In this document: positions 27,633-38,300 of the stretch, one piece after another
Numbering within the stretch: position 1 is the first letter of the stretch
Layout of the letters: each line of letters opens with the position of its first letter
Origin: Candidatus Anderseniibacteriota bacterium
Lineage (GTDB): Bacteria; Patescibacteriota; Andersenbacteria; UBA10190
DNA: 64,000 nt
Direction of reading: 5' to 3'
NCBI GenBank assembly: GCA_021414205.1
Contig: JAIOOW010000002.1
Location: 215,062-279,061, forward strand
Notes under the pieces: model-generated
Told to the model about the DNA's origin: nothing
The model's database searches: none
The model's input: the letters and a program-made list of their open reading frames with translations, nothing else
Position numbers and translations under genes: made by a program

Positions 27633-28293
27633 ACAATCGCAGATTTTGAGAGACGACTTCTCGCAATGGAATAACGGACAATACGTGCCGCATTGTTTCC
27701 ATATCTCCTTTTAATCCTGCAAAAAATCCCAATTTTGCAATTTTACGAGGGCTCGTAACGCGCGACCAAGAAACAATGTTCAGTGATGCGCGCTTACTAA
27801 TAACAACCCTATTCATAAATACTTCGAGGCCATAACTCGGCAACGCTTTCATTGCGTCCATATATTCTGCAAATAATCTTTTATAAAAAACTCGCTCGCC
27901 AGTAATAAAATCCAAGCCGAGCAATCGATAAAATAAAATACTATGCCCGCGCAAACTCATAGTCACATCAAATTGTCCGGAAATTACTGGGGCAAGCAAC
28001 CGATGAATACTCTCAGAAGTGACTCCTAATAAATCCGCATCAAGCATCACAATAATATCTCCACTAGCACGTTCCAACCCCGTTGCAACAGCAAAGCTTT
28101 TACCCTTATTTTCAGGTAAAGCTATGAGCTGAATGTTTGGATATTGTTTTACTGCGCTTCCTGTCCCATCAGTAGACCCGTCGTCGACTACGATTATCTC
28201 TGCAATATCCTTGCATGCAAGCGCTGCCTGAAGAACGTTATGGATCCGCCCCTCCTCGTTATATGCTGCGATAATACACGTAACGTTTGCCAC
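27580..28293 (-). CDS. glycosyltransferase family 2 (polyprenyl-phosphate sugar synthase-like)
   Basis: N-terminal IIAAYNEE...VVDDGSTDGT...MLDADL GT2 signature. Confidence 0.8.
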   Translation of the reverse strand: MANVTCIIAAYNEEGRIHNVLQAALACKDIAEIIVVDDGSTDGTGSAVKQYPNIQLIALPENKGKSFAVATGLERASGDIIVMLDADLLGVTSESIHRLLAPVISGQFDVTMSLRGHSILFYRLLGLDFITGERVFYKRLFAEYMDAMKALPSYGLEVFMNRVVISKRASLNIVSWSRVTSPRKIAKLGFFAGLKGDMETMRHVLSVIPLREVVSQNLRLFMLTRRSPVRGRVLHGS

Positions 28294-28309
28294 ATTGGGA
28301 TAGTTACCA

Positions 28310-29032
28310 CTAATTGAGTGCGGAATCTATTGCTTGCTGGAACGTTGCGTATGGCTGGGCACCAATAATCGGCGTTTGCTTGCCATCTTTGCCAATGAGA
28401 ATGAAGAACGGCGTACCAACTTGTTGACCTGCGGCACTCATAACCTTTTCAACTGCCACAAGCTCGTCCTCATCCGCCTGTACAACATTCCCGTACGGCG
28501 CATCCTTAATGCATGATTGAAATGCTGAGATATCAGCAACTCCGGCTTCTTGCGCATACTTCGGCAAATCGGCAAGATTTAACCCGTCATTCGAGGGCGT
28601 ATTAGAGAAAATAGTATCTGTAAATTCCCAAAACTTCCCTTGTGCACTCGCACATTCTGCAGCAATCGCTTCTTGCGTTGTTTGTTGATGCACAGAAAGG
28701 CCGTGTCGATATACAAGACGAACCTTACCCGCATTATTTGCCATTAACTGCTTAAGAGTATTATGGGCTATTTTACAAAACGGGCATTCTAAATCCGAAT
28801 ATTCGATAAGGGTTACCGGTGCGTTTTTATCGCCCATAATATGATCCGCATCGGAAATTGCTCGAATATCAAAATGATCCGGCAACGGTCCGGGAGTAGC
28901 TTGCTGTGCGACTTGAGCGGCAGGAGCAACGGGAGCAGGCCCTACTTTTGAAAAATAGATACCTCCCGCAATTAACGCTCCTGCAATAACAATGGCTGCG
29001 GGAATTGAGAAAGCCTGTTTTATTTCTGGCAT
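28310..29032 (-). CDS. DsbA-like thioredoxin-fold oxidoreductase (membrane-anchored)
   Basis: CPFC active site, N-terminal TM, thioredoxin fold. Confidence 0.75.
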   Translation of the reverse strand: MPEIKQAFSIPAAIVIAGALIAGGIYFSKVGPAPVAPAAQVAQQATPGPLPDHFDIRAISDADHIMGDKNAPVTLIEYSDLECPFCKIAHNTLKQLMANNAGKVRLVYRHGLSVHQQTTQEAIAAECASAQGKFWEFTDTIFSNTPSNDGLNLADLPKYAQEAGVADISAFQSCIKDAPYGNVVQADEDELVAVEKVMSAAGQQVGTPFFILIGKDGKQTPIIGAQPYATFQQAIDSALN

Positions 29033-29042
29033 AGCGCTAACG

Positions 29043-29279
29043 CTACGCGATTTCTAGAAGCTGTGCAAGACGTGGCTGATTAAACCCAATCGTAATTTCA
29101 CCATCAATATCAATAACAGGCACCCCCATTTGCTTTGACTTTTCAAGCATTTCAGCGCGAGCAACAGGGTCAGATGCTACGTCTTTTTCCGTATATCCGA
29201 TTTGGTTTTGGGCAAAATAGTCTTTTGTAGCCCTGCACCATCCGCAGGAAGGAGTTGAGTAGATTGTAACGTTTTTCAT
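29043..29279 (-). CDS. glutaredoxin/NrdH-like small redoxin
   Basis: 78 aa, CGWC active-site motif near the N-terminus, glutaredoxin-like length. Confidence 0.7.
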   Translation of the reverse strand: MKNVTIYSTPSCGWCRATKDYFAQNQIGYTEKDVASDPVARAEMLEKSKQMGVPVIDIDGEITIGFNQPRLAQLLEIA

Positions 29280-29345
29280 AATTGTTCACTTAATAGTAAC
29301 TTTGGCATTGTACCAAATATATCCATTTCCCGCTATACTTTTTAC

Positions 29346-30206
29346 ATGTATATCGCATTTGATATCGGCGGAACAAACACGAGAATAGCCATTTCAAAAG
29401 ACGGCAAAACTCTCAACAAGCCCTCTATATACCCTACACCACAAGATTTTGATACCGGGATACAGAAATTCATCGAAACAGTAAAAAACATTTCCGGCAA
29501 TGAGCCTATCACGGCAATTGCCGGAGGAATTCCTGGTCCAATGGATCCTCAAAAAACAATGTTACTTAAAGCGCCAAATTTGAAGGGCTGGAACAACAAG
29601 CCACTAAAAGCTTTGCTTGAAAAAGAATTGCAAACTCAGGTCTTCCTAGAGAACGATACTGCCATGTGGGGTATCGGTGAAGCAACGCGTGGCGCAGGCC
29701 AAGGGTTCGCTATTATGGCTTACGTAACAGTCAGTACCGGTGTTGGCGGAACAAGAATCGTTCATGAAAAAATAGATGCGAGTGCACAAGGATTCGAACC
29801 TGGACACCAAATTATCGACCTCGCAGGCCCTGAGTGCGGATGCGGCGGAAACGGTCATCTGGAAGCATTTATATCTGGTACAGCATTGCAAAAAAAATAC
29901 GGAAAAGCTCCTAAAGAGATTAAAGATGCTCAGGTATGGGACGAAACAGCGAAATACTTGGCAATAGGCCTGCTTAATACAGCGGTATTTTGGTCACCTC
30001 ATTGCATTGTACTAGGAGGGTCAATAATGAAAGATATCGATATAGACCTCGTGCAAACGTATATGCGAGAATACAACCATATCCTACCGACCTTGCCTGC
30101 TATAAAAAAATCAACGCTCGGTGATGAAGGAGGCTTAATTGGGGCCCTGCAGCTTGCGTGCTACACTACTACACATGGATCTGTCGATCGTAGTACCAGC
30201 ATATAA
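29346..30206 (+). CDS. ROK-family sugar kinase (glucokinase-like)
   Basis: DIGGTNTR N-terminus; CGCGGNGHLE zinc motif of the ROK family. Confidence 0.8.
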   Translation: MYIAFDIGGTNTRIAISKDGKTLNKPSIYPTPQDFDTGIQKFIETVKNISGNEPITAIAGGIPGPMDPQKTMLLKAPNLKGWNNKPLKALLEKELQTQVFLENDTAMWGIGEATRGAGQGFAIMAYVTVSTGVGGTRIVHEKIDASAQGFEPGHQIIDLAGPECGCGGNGHLEAFISGTALQKKYGKAPKEIKDAQVWDETAKYLAIGLLNTAVFWSPHCIVLGGSIMKDIDIDLVQTYMREYNHILPTLPAIKKSTLGDEGGLIGALQLACYTTTHGSVDRSTSI

Positions 30207-30963
30207 ACAAGCTCCGACCATCCAACAGGATTTGCGGAGTTTGTCTGCATTTCTAGATTCCCTACACACTTCATACGAACTCATTCTCGTCATTGATGGC
30301 GACATAGACGACACAGCTCTCATTGTAAAACAAGACGACACGCTAGCACACGTACGCATCATACCGATCAAAAAAAATCACGGGAAAGGCTACGCCTTAA
30401 AGCAAGGATTCTTGGCATCCAGCGGCAATATTGTGGGATTCATCGACGCGGGCGGCGATATCGAATTTAATTGCCTTCGCCTCATGTTCGAACTTATGCA
30501 ATTCACCCATGCGGATATTGTCATCGGATCAAAACGGCATCCGTTATCCCAAGTACAATACCCGCTTGTCAGGCACATCTACAGCTTCTCATATCAATTG
30601 CTCAATCGCATGCTCTTTCGCCTCAATATTCGTGATACCCAAGTTGGAGTAAAGTTGTTTCGCAAAGACGCCCTCACGCAAATTCTTCCGCATGTTCAAA
30701 TAAACAAATTTGCATTCGACCTCGAATTGCTCGTGCATGCTCACGCGCTCGGATTCACACACATCATTGAATCCCCCGTTCGCATTACACACAAATTTAA
30801 CAGCACGATCGGTTTCGGCGTAATTATCGAGACCCTCTATGATACGATACGGCTGTATTTTCGAAATGAACCAAGACAGCTCAACGTCAAACCTTCTTCA
30901 GGAATTTCTGTTTCATATTCGCCCAGCTCTTCCCAAACCACAATCAAAGAACACGTACGATAG
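30175..30963 (+). CDS. glycosyltransferase family 2
   Basis: MDLSIVVPAYKQ...VIDGDIDDT...IDAGGD GT2 motifs; the track ORF begins at TTG 30139 but the conserved N-terminus starts at ATG 30175. Confidence 0.75.
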   Translation: MDLSIVVPAYKQAPTIQQDLRSLSAFLDSLHTSYELILVIDGDIDDTALIVKQDDTLAHVRIIPIKKNHGKGYALKQGFLASSGNIVGFIDAGGDIEFNCLRLMFELMQFTHADIVIGSKRHPLSQVQYPLVRHIYSFSYQLLNRMLFRLNIRDTQVGVKLFRKDALTQILPHVQINKFAFDLELLVHAHALGFTHIIESPVRITHKFNSTIGFGVIIETLYDTIRLYFRNEPRQLNVKPSSGISVSYSPSSSQTTIKEHVR

Positions 30964-30974
30964 TATGCGCATAT

Positions 30975-32507
30975 ATGAAACAATTCTTTCCATTCTTGAT
31001 AGTCGCAGTGCTTATTACCCTGCCTTGGTTCCTTCATCCAGGATACCTACTCCTTCTTGACTGGACAGGCATACCCCACCCCCACATCAGCCTCGACCCC
31101 ACAGGCGGAATAGCGGGTACTCCTATTCAAATTGCCTGGACGATGCTTAGCACCGTTATCGAATCATCGTTCGCACAAAAAATACTTGTATTAGCCATGC
31201 TCATGCTTGCAGGAGGTGCAACATATCGCCTCACATATTTTTTACTATCAAATAAGCTCGCCTCGATTATTGCCGGGATATTTATGGTGACAAATGCATT
31301 CGTATTTAATCGATTGCAAATGGGGCATATATACCTTTTATACGCCTATGCACTTACGCCATACGCAATCTATCTTGTGCTTTGTTTTTTGCAGCAGCCG
31401 TCTAGTAAAAAAGCATTGCAAGCAGGGATCGGATGCAGCGCAGTTATCCTACTCAGTATTCATCATACTATATTGCTCCCCATACTTATCATTCTATTTG
31501 CTTGGCATACACAAAAAATACAACACTACTCTCGTACTCAATACATAGCGTTACTTGGTCCGTATATTGCAACGCTGCTCGCAATACTAGCAGTCGCATA
31601 CATAAACCCGGCGTCGCAACTTGCAACTATTTCCCTCAAAGACATTGCAGTATTCGCGCCGCGCGCGCAGTGCACGCCGCAACTTGCCACGGATACCGTA
31701 TTTTTATCATCTCAATGGAGAAACCCTCACGCAGTATCTTTGCCGTGCTCAAATAAAATAATCTTTTATGCATCTAACATATTTTTATTAGGCGTTATGT
31801 TAATAGGTGCATGGAACAATAAAAAACTGTTCATTGGCGCAATAATACTTGTCCTACTTACTGACATTCCGTTTATTCCTGCAATGCGCGATAGCGCAAA
31901 ATACTTGGCAGACCTTGCGCTCATCGAAGCAGCCTTACTTGCATACGGCATAGTGCATCTCCAGAAAAAATATGGCTCAGTGTCATCCATTTTAATTCTC
32001 CTATGTACACTACTTGCAGGATCTTCAATCTATTGGGGGCTATCAAACACCATCACTCCAAAAATTTATCCGCAAAGCTGGTATGCGTTCAATCAAACGT
32101 TAGCGAAACTTCCTGAAAAACCTCGCGTTCTTTTTTTGCCATGGCATTTATATATGCCGTTCGATTTTACAAATCAGGCGACTATTGCCGATCCGGCGAA
32201 GCTCTTTTTTACTAATGGAAGCATTATTCAAGGAGATAACTTGGAAATGCGGCAAGGAGACGCCTTTATTGTAACCGAATCGACGTCTCCAGAATCTCAA
32301 GAAATCAATCACGCACTTGCACAAATTAGTACGCCAGATTTTTCGAGCTCATTCTTAAAAATGTTAAAAGAACAGCATATTAGCTATATTGCCTTAGCCC
32401 ATGGTTCGCCCGAGGAAGCATTATATAAAAATACATTTAAAAAACTCCCATATGTATCATTATTAGTTGATTCTCCCGGGCTTACTATTTGGCAATTTGG
32501 AGAATAA
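30975..32507 (+). CDS. polytopic membrane protein, putative GT-C-fold glycosyltransferase
   Basis: About 12 TM helices, early extracytoplasmic LLLDWTG motif, C-terminal soluble domain. Confidence 0.5.
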   Translation: MKQFFPFLIVAVLITLPWFLHPGYLLLLDWTGIPHPHISLDPTGGIAGTPIQIAWTMLSTVIESSFAQKILVLAMLMLAGGATYRLTYFLLSNKLASIIAGIFMVTNAFVFNRLQMGHIYLLYAYALTPYAIYLVLCFLQQPSSKKALQAGIGCSAVILLSIHHTILLPILIILFAWHTQKIQHYSRTQYIALLGPYIATLLAILAVAYINPASQLATISLKDIAVFAPRAQCTPQLATDTVFLSSQWRNPHAVSLPCSNKIIFYASNIFLLGVMLIGAWNNKKLFIGAIILVLLTDIPFIPAMRDSAKYLADLALIEAALLAYGIVHLQKKYGSVSSILILLCTLLAGSSIYWGLSNTITPKIYPQSWYAFNQTLAKLPEKPRVLFLPWHLYMPFDFTNQATIADPAKLFFTNGSIIQGDNLEMRQGDAFIVTESTSPESQEINHALAQISTPDFSSSFLKMLKEQHISYIALAHGSPEEALYKNTFKKLPYVSLLVDSPGLTIWQFGE

Positions 32508-32531
32508 GCTATTTTAGGACAATCTTAAAGA

Positions 32532-33653
32532 ATGCATAGCATTTCCGGAAAACGAATACTATTCTTGAATTGGAAGGATGTTCTCAACCCCGAATCCGGA
32601 GGTGCGGAAGTATTAACAGATGCTCTTGCAAGCCATCTTGCAGAAACAAACGAGGTTTTTTTTATCACCTCATCATTTCCGAACGCAAAACAGAAACAAG
32701 TACATAATAATTACACGATATTGCGCAAAGGCACCACGCTCACGTGCATACTGTATGCATTTTTTACATATAAAAAATTATCTACAGAAAAAAAATTCGA
32801 TCTTATTATTGACCAAGCCCATGGCATCCCATTTTTTTCGATACTATACCCTCATCGCCCAAAAATCCTCATACTTATTCATGAAGTTGCCGGGGAATTA
32901 TGGTCAAGCGTTCTTCCACACACTATCGGCAAAATAGTAGATACAATATGGCTGCGGCTCTACAAAAATCAGCAATTCATTACAGTCTCTAATTCCACAA
33001 AACAAGAACTGACAAAACACCATATTATTGAAAAAAATATTTCTATTGTTCCGAATTTTACAGCCATTTCATTACCAGAAATTCCTCAAAAAGCAGAGCA
33101 TCCGACTCTCCTCGTCCTTGGCAGGATAGCTCCGGTCAAACGTATCGAGCACGCAATACGAGCATTTCAAATTGTAAAAGAAACTGTTCCGAATATTCAT
33201 CTTGTTATTATTGGAAAAAGGGAAAAGAAATACGATTCATATTATCAGGATATCAATACATCCATTCAAAACGATAATAAAATCACGATTATTACAAATG
33301 CAGACGAGGAGGAAAAACTGCATTGGCTTAAAGAGTCGCACATCCTCCTCATGCCTTCTAAAAAAGAAGGGTATGGCATCGCAATACTTGAAGCTGCTGC
33401 ATGCGGAACGCCTGCGATCGGATACAATGTTCCAGGAACGCGCGATGCTATCATTGATAATAAAACCGGATTAATTGCGGACCAAGAAAACCCGAAATCA
33501 CTAGCTGCTTGCATTGAAAAAATACTGACTAATCTGGGGACGTTCAATCAACTGCAAAAAGAAGGATTTACCAATGCCCGCCAAAAGCAGAAAAGGCATA
33601 CAATTTCAACATGGGACGCAATACTGAAACAAATAATCCAGATTACGCCATGA
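32532..33653 (+). CDS. glycosyltransferase family 4
   Basis: EGYGIAILEAAACGTPAIGYNVPG GT4 C-domain. Confidence 0.8.
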   Translation: MHSISGKRILFLNWKDVLNPESGGAEVLTDALASHLAETNEVFFITSSFPNAKQKQVHNNYTILRKGTTLTCILYAFFTYKKLSTEKKFDLIIDQAHGIPFFSILYPHRPKILILIHEVAGELWSSVLPHTIGKIVDTIWLRLYKNQQFITVSNSTKQELTKHHIIEKNISIVPNFTAISLPEIPQKAEHPTLLVLGRIAPVKRIEHAIRAFQIVKETVPNIHLVIIGKREKKYDSYYQDINTSIQNDNKITIITNADEEEKLHWLKESHILLMPSKKEGYGIAILEAAACGTPAIGYNVPGTRDAIIDNKTGLIADQENPKSLAACIEKILTNLGTFNQLQKEGFTNARQKQKRHTISTWDAILKQIIQITP

Positions 33654-34489
33654 GCATAGCGCATTTTTTCCTAAGAATTTTCCGCTCTCTCAAGCTTGAT
33701 ATGCAGTGGATCACAACACAAAACATTCCAGAAAAGTGGAAATTTCTGAAAACAAAATATATGTTGATAGCCATGCCAAGCTTGTTTTGGAATAACAAGA
33801 TTAATGCATTCGGAATACCGGGCTGGGGACGCACGACATACATTGCAAAACCCGACAGAATTGAAAATATCCAAAGCATCTTCATCGACCACGCCCATCT
33901 GCAAAAAATAGCCCCGAAGAATGGAATAGTAGTAGACGTAGGAGCTAATATAGGAGAGTTCGCGCTTTTTGCACATACAGTATTATCTCCAAAAAAAATA
34001 TATTCATTTGAGCCAGTCCCAAGATCTTTCGAATTACTAGAGGAAAATAATAATGATTTTCATTTCAATGGAGCAATTTGCAATGAAAAAAAGATGCTAA
34101 TTCACATTAATGAACAGTCTGGAATGTCTTCAAAATTCAAACTGCCCTCAACAATCGGAACAACAGTGGCAATGTGCAAATCCCTTGACGATATCCCAGA
34201 ACTTCAAGCATTACCAACAATCGACCTTTTAAAAATAGATGTTGAGGGGATGGAGCACGATGTTATTGCATCGAGCCCAACCACAGTAAAAAAATCCAAA
34301 TACCTTGCCGTAGAAACAGCCCTAAAGAGAGACGCTTCTCAAGATGGGTTAGCAACGCTATCCCTCTTAAAGCAGCTACAACCGGAACTACGCCTTATAT
34401 ATATTGGGCATATTATTACATACGCCGATACTGGCGAACAAGCGGCTGTAGATATGGTGTTTAAAAATATTTCTATAAAAAAAATATGA
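33650..34489 (+). CDS. FkbM-family SAM-dependent methyltransferase
   Basis: VVDVGANIGEF...FEPVP motifs (Methyltransf_21); ATGA overlap with the upstream GT4. Confidence 0.7.
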   Translation: MSIAHFFLRIFRSLKLDMQWITTQNIPEKWKFLKTKYMLIAMPSLFWNNKINAFGIPGWGRTTYIAKPDRIENIQSIFIDHAHLQKIAPKNGIVVDVGANIGEFALFAHTVLSPKKIYSFEPVPRSFELLEENNNDFHFNGAICNEKKMLIHINEQSGMSSKFKLPSTIGTTVAMCKSLDDIPELQALPTIDLLKIDVEGMEHDVIASSPTTVKKSKYLAVETALKRDASQDGLATLSLLKQLQPELRLIYIGHIITYADTGEQAAVDMVFKNISIKKI

Positions 34490-35319
34490 AGACCACTCCT
34501 CTCGTCTCAATTATCATTCCTACAAAAAATTCTGCGAAAACACTTCTTGCGTGCATTACATCTATTAAAAGACAAACATATTCGAATATTGAATACATCG
34601 TCGTAGACAATTATTCCTTAGATGCGACGCAAGATATTGCAAAAAATAACAAAGCACGCCTGATGATAACCGGCAACGAGCGCTCAGCTCAAAGAAATGC
34701 CGGTGCAAATCATGCTCATGGAGAATTTCTATTGTTCATAGACTCGGATATGGAATTATTACCCGAGGTTGTAGATGAATGTGTAAACATAATGCAGGAA
34801 CATAAAAATATACAAGCAATTGTTATTCCAGAGGATTCCTTTGGAACAACCCTTTGGGCAGCATGCAAGAATTTCGAACGGTCAACCTACGCAAACAGCT
34901 CATGGCTTCATGGAGCCCGTTTTTTTCGCTCATCGGCGTTTACAAGCATCTCAGGCTTCCAAGAAGATATCATTGGCGCTGAAGATTTTGACATTCACAC
35001 AAGGACAGTGAACGCATTCGGATTATCCGGGATCGGATATTCATCAATTGCCATACGGCATAACGAAGGAGCACTAACACTCACACACTTATTGAAGAAA
35101 AAATATTATTACGGATCCACGCTCAAAGCATATGCAAATAATCAGCGAAATAAGCATATGCTGTACAAGCAGGCGAATCCAATCACCCGCATACAGCTAT
35201 TTTTCCAGAATCCAACGTTCCTATTTCAACATCCAATCATATTCACTGCGACATGCATCATGAAAACGCTTGAATTCTGTGCACTTGGATTAGGATATCT
35301 CATGAAATCTGCAGTATAA
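34486..35319 (+). CDS. glycosyltransferase family 2
   Basis: VSIIIPTKNSAKTL...VVDNYS.D.T...DSDM GT2 motifs. Confidence 0.8.
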   Translation: MKTTPLVSIIIPTKNSAKTLLACITSIKRQTYSNIEYIVVDNYSLDATQDIAKNNKARLMITGNERSAQRNAGANHAHGEFLLFIDSDMELLPEVVDECVNIMQEHKNIQAIVIPEDSFGTTLWAACKNFERSTYANSSWLHGARFFRSSAFTSISGFQEDIIGAEDFDIHTRTVNAFGLSGIGYSSIAIRHNEGALTLTHLLKKKYYYGSTLKAYANNQRNKHMLYKQANPITRIQLFFQNPTFLFQHPIIFTATCIMKTLEFCALGLGYLMKSAV

Positions 35320-35337
35320 TAGAGAGCATACTGTCGT

Positions 35338-38300
35338 ATGTTCTCTATCGCGTTCATGAAAAAATTTGGGGGTCTTTTTTTACTGATTGCACTATCCGTA
35401 ATTGCGCATTGGCAATGGCTTGTTTTGCCGGGTATTTTCACGTCTGGCGACTATTGGTACGTACCTAACCAAGTATTTTCCGAATCATTAACTCTTCCCA
35501 AAATTCTCGATGCAAGCGGCTCTCTGACCACGGGCATATCTCAGCCTACGTTTGTACTGCTCTATGTTATTGGCGGCCTGCTTACAAAAATCCACCTCGG
35601 ATTTGCAGCATGGGAAAGAATTGTTTTCCTTTGGCCAATTGCAATTTTAGCGCCTATTCCGATATACCTGTTTTTACTTAAAACATTGCGATACCCACCT
35701 GGCGCATTTGCAGGTTCGCTAATCTACCTATTCAACACCTATATTCTTGCACGAGAAATGATGCATTTGCACATTGCAATCGTATATTTCCTAGCGCCCC
35801 TACTGTTTATTGCTGTACGAGATCTACTTCATAGGCAGAACATAAAATCTATCTTATCGTTTATTGCCATAACTGGAGTCTGTTCAATTTTCGAAATACG
35901 CATTTTATACATACTGACGTTCATGCTTATTGCATATAGTCTATACCTGCTCCTTACTCGGAAAATTATACTCTCATGGAAAATGCTTCGCGTCATATTG
36001 TGTGCGATTATTCCCGTAGCATTACTCCAATCATACTGGCTCATACCTTTTATATTTGCGAACTCTTCATTAGGATACGGATCGATAGTGAGCAGAGGAC
36101 TCTTTAGAAGCTATGACCACATAGGCGAAGCAATGACTTTGTATGATCCATTCTGGTCAGGTAATCAACTTACTGACTTTATTCCGCAACAAATCCCGCG
36201 ATGGGAATATATCATTCCAATCATCGCATTTTTATGGCTCATCGTAAGGTTACGGGCGAAAAAAAATTCATTTTTCTGGTTCTGGAGCCTCATCGCTATT
36301 ATCGGAATTTTTCTCGTAAAACAAGAAAATAATCCGTTCCCCCAAGCATACTCTTGGCTCTATTACCATTTTCCTGGGTTTAATTTTTTTCGAGAATCAT
36401 CAAAGTTAAAAATTATTGTCGCCCTCGCACTCTCAGCTTTAAGTGCCGGCTCGTTATTAGTCATACAAAGTAAATTTAAAAAAGTTGCCAATGCTCTCAT
36501 ACTGGGCTTAAGCGCAGTCATGCTTATTAATATTATCCCGCTTTCAACTGGGGCCATTGAAGCAATGACAGTATCAAATAGCATAGACAATCAATTCCTA
36601 GCAACCAATAAAATACTGGAATCAGATGCGGAATTTGGAAGAGTGTTGTGGGTACCATCAACTGAACGGTTTACCACTGCTTCGCAAACTCATCCGCGCC
36701 TATCGCTTGCCGCACTCACCGGAGCAGACTGGCTTCCTTTCGTACAAGACCAAGCAGATCCGTTTTCCATAACAGCACAGCCCGTCTTTAAAGCGCTGCT
36801 AAATTTTTCAAGCATTCGCTACATCGGCGAACCGGCAGACCAGATTGATCATGTATACCAACTATACAATGCTTCAAAAACTGATCTTGGAAAGAACATA
36901 GCAGGCATAAACAATCTTAAGCCAGTACAAGAATCACCTCTCGATATGCCACTTTGGAAAAATCCAGACGCAAAGCCTCACGCATATGTAGCAGACAATC
37001 TCGTAGCTGTGCACGGAGCTCCTCGAGACTTTTCCGGCCTTGACCCCAGTATCGCTACTGGATTTGTATTTCAATCGAATGTCCAAGATCAAACATTCCA
37101 GCATATCGATAGCACAATAGCTACGAATTCGGAATATATACCATTTTCTCCGGACTCCATCTCTATCGAACAAGGCCAGGTGCATAGCAACGTAAAAATC
37201 CCAGACTCTGGAACGTTTCAAACCGTAACGCGTGATGATAAAAAAGATTCTATAGCACCTATTCTTCTTGCAATAACGGATCAAACCCTTTCCATTATCG
37301 CAAGAATGCCTACAGGCGACATACCCCTTGCAACAACTCCGAATACGCATCAAGACTACGCAATTACAATCAACGGGGTACATTATTTCTATACATTCAC
37401 TGATCAGTCACAAACAATACAGCTTGGGATTACTCGCCTTCATCAATCAAAAAATTCGATCTCATTTCTAGCAAAAATCAATTCCGACCCTCTTGTTAAA
37501 GATGCGTCTTTTGAAGCAGGAACATGGGGCAGCGCAGGAGATTGCAATAATTCGGACAACACAACAAAAGAAGCGAACGGGATCTCCGCATCGCAATCGC
37601 CTGTCGCAACGGACGGAGCAAGCTCACTAAACCTAACAGCGAAAAACCATATCGCATGCACAGGGATCACTATTTCATCAGCAGCCAAACCTGCTACATA
37701 TTTTGGATCCATCGACTACCAGCAAAAAGCAGGGTCTGCTGGATACGTAAAGATTTTTCAATCAGACACAATGAAGAACCTCTCCTTTGTACAATTCAAC
37801 CAAAAGCAGAATTGGCAACACGCGGATTTCTCCTTTGATAGTGACGGCACCCACAATTCCACTCTATACCTCTACCAGCCTGCTGGGGATGGATTGTTTG
37901 ATAACATACACCTGGACGCGTATCAACTCATGTCCACAGCATCAGCAGATATCCCTGACAGCACCGAACGCATGACAACTCGACCGTATCAAACGTCGGA
38001 CACAACAATAAGTGATTCTGCAATCACCGGCTCAAACGTATTGGCGCAAACTACTTTTTCGCCAGACATGTCCGTAAGCGCGAGTGATTGCAATAATGCG
38101 GATAGCACCTCCGTTGAAAAGAACGGGATCAAAGCATCTATCGCAGAAACTGCCGACCACATCCAAGCGCTCTCAATTCAGGCAGCAAAACATATTGCAT
38201 GCGTAACACTGCCACTCCACGACTTTAATCCCACGTACGACCATCTCGTATCAATACGCTATCGAACAATTCTAGGAACCGATGCCCATGCTACGTTCTA

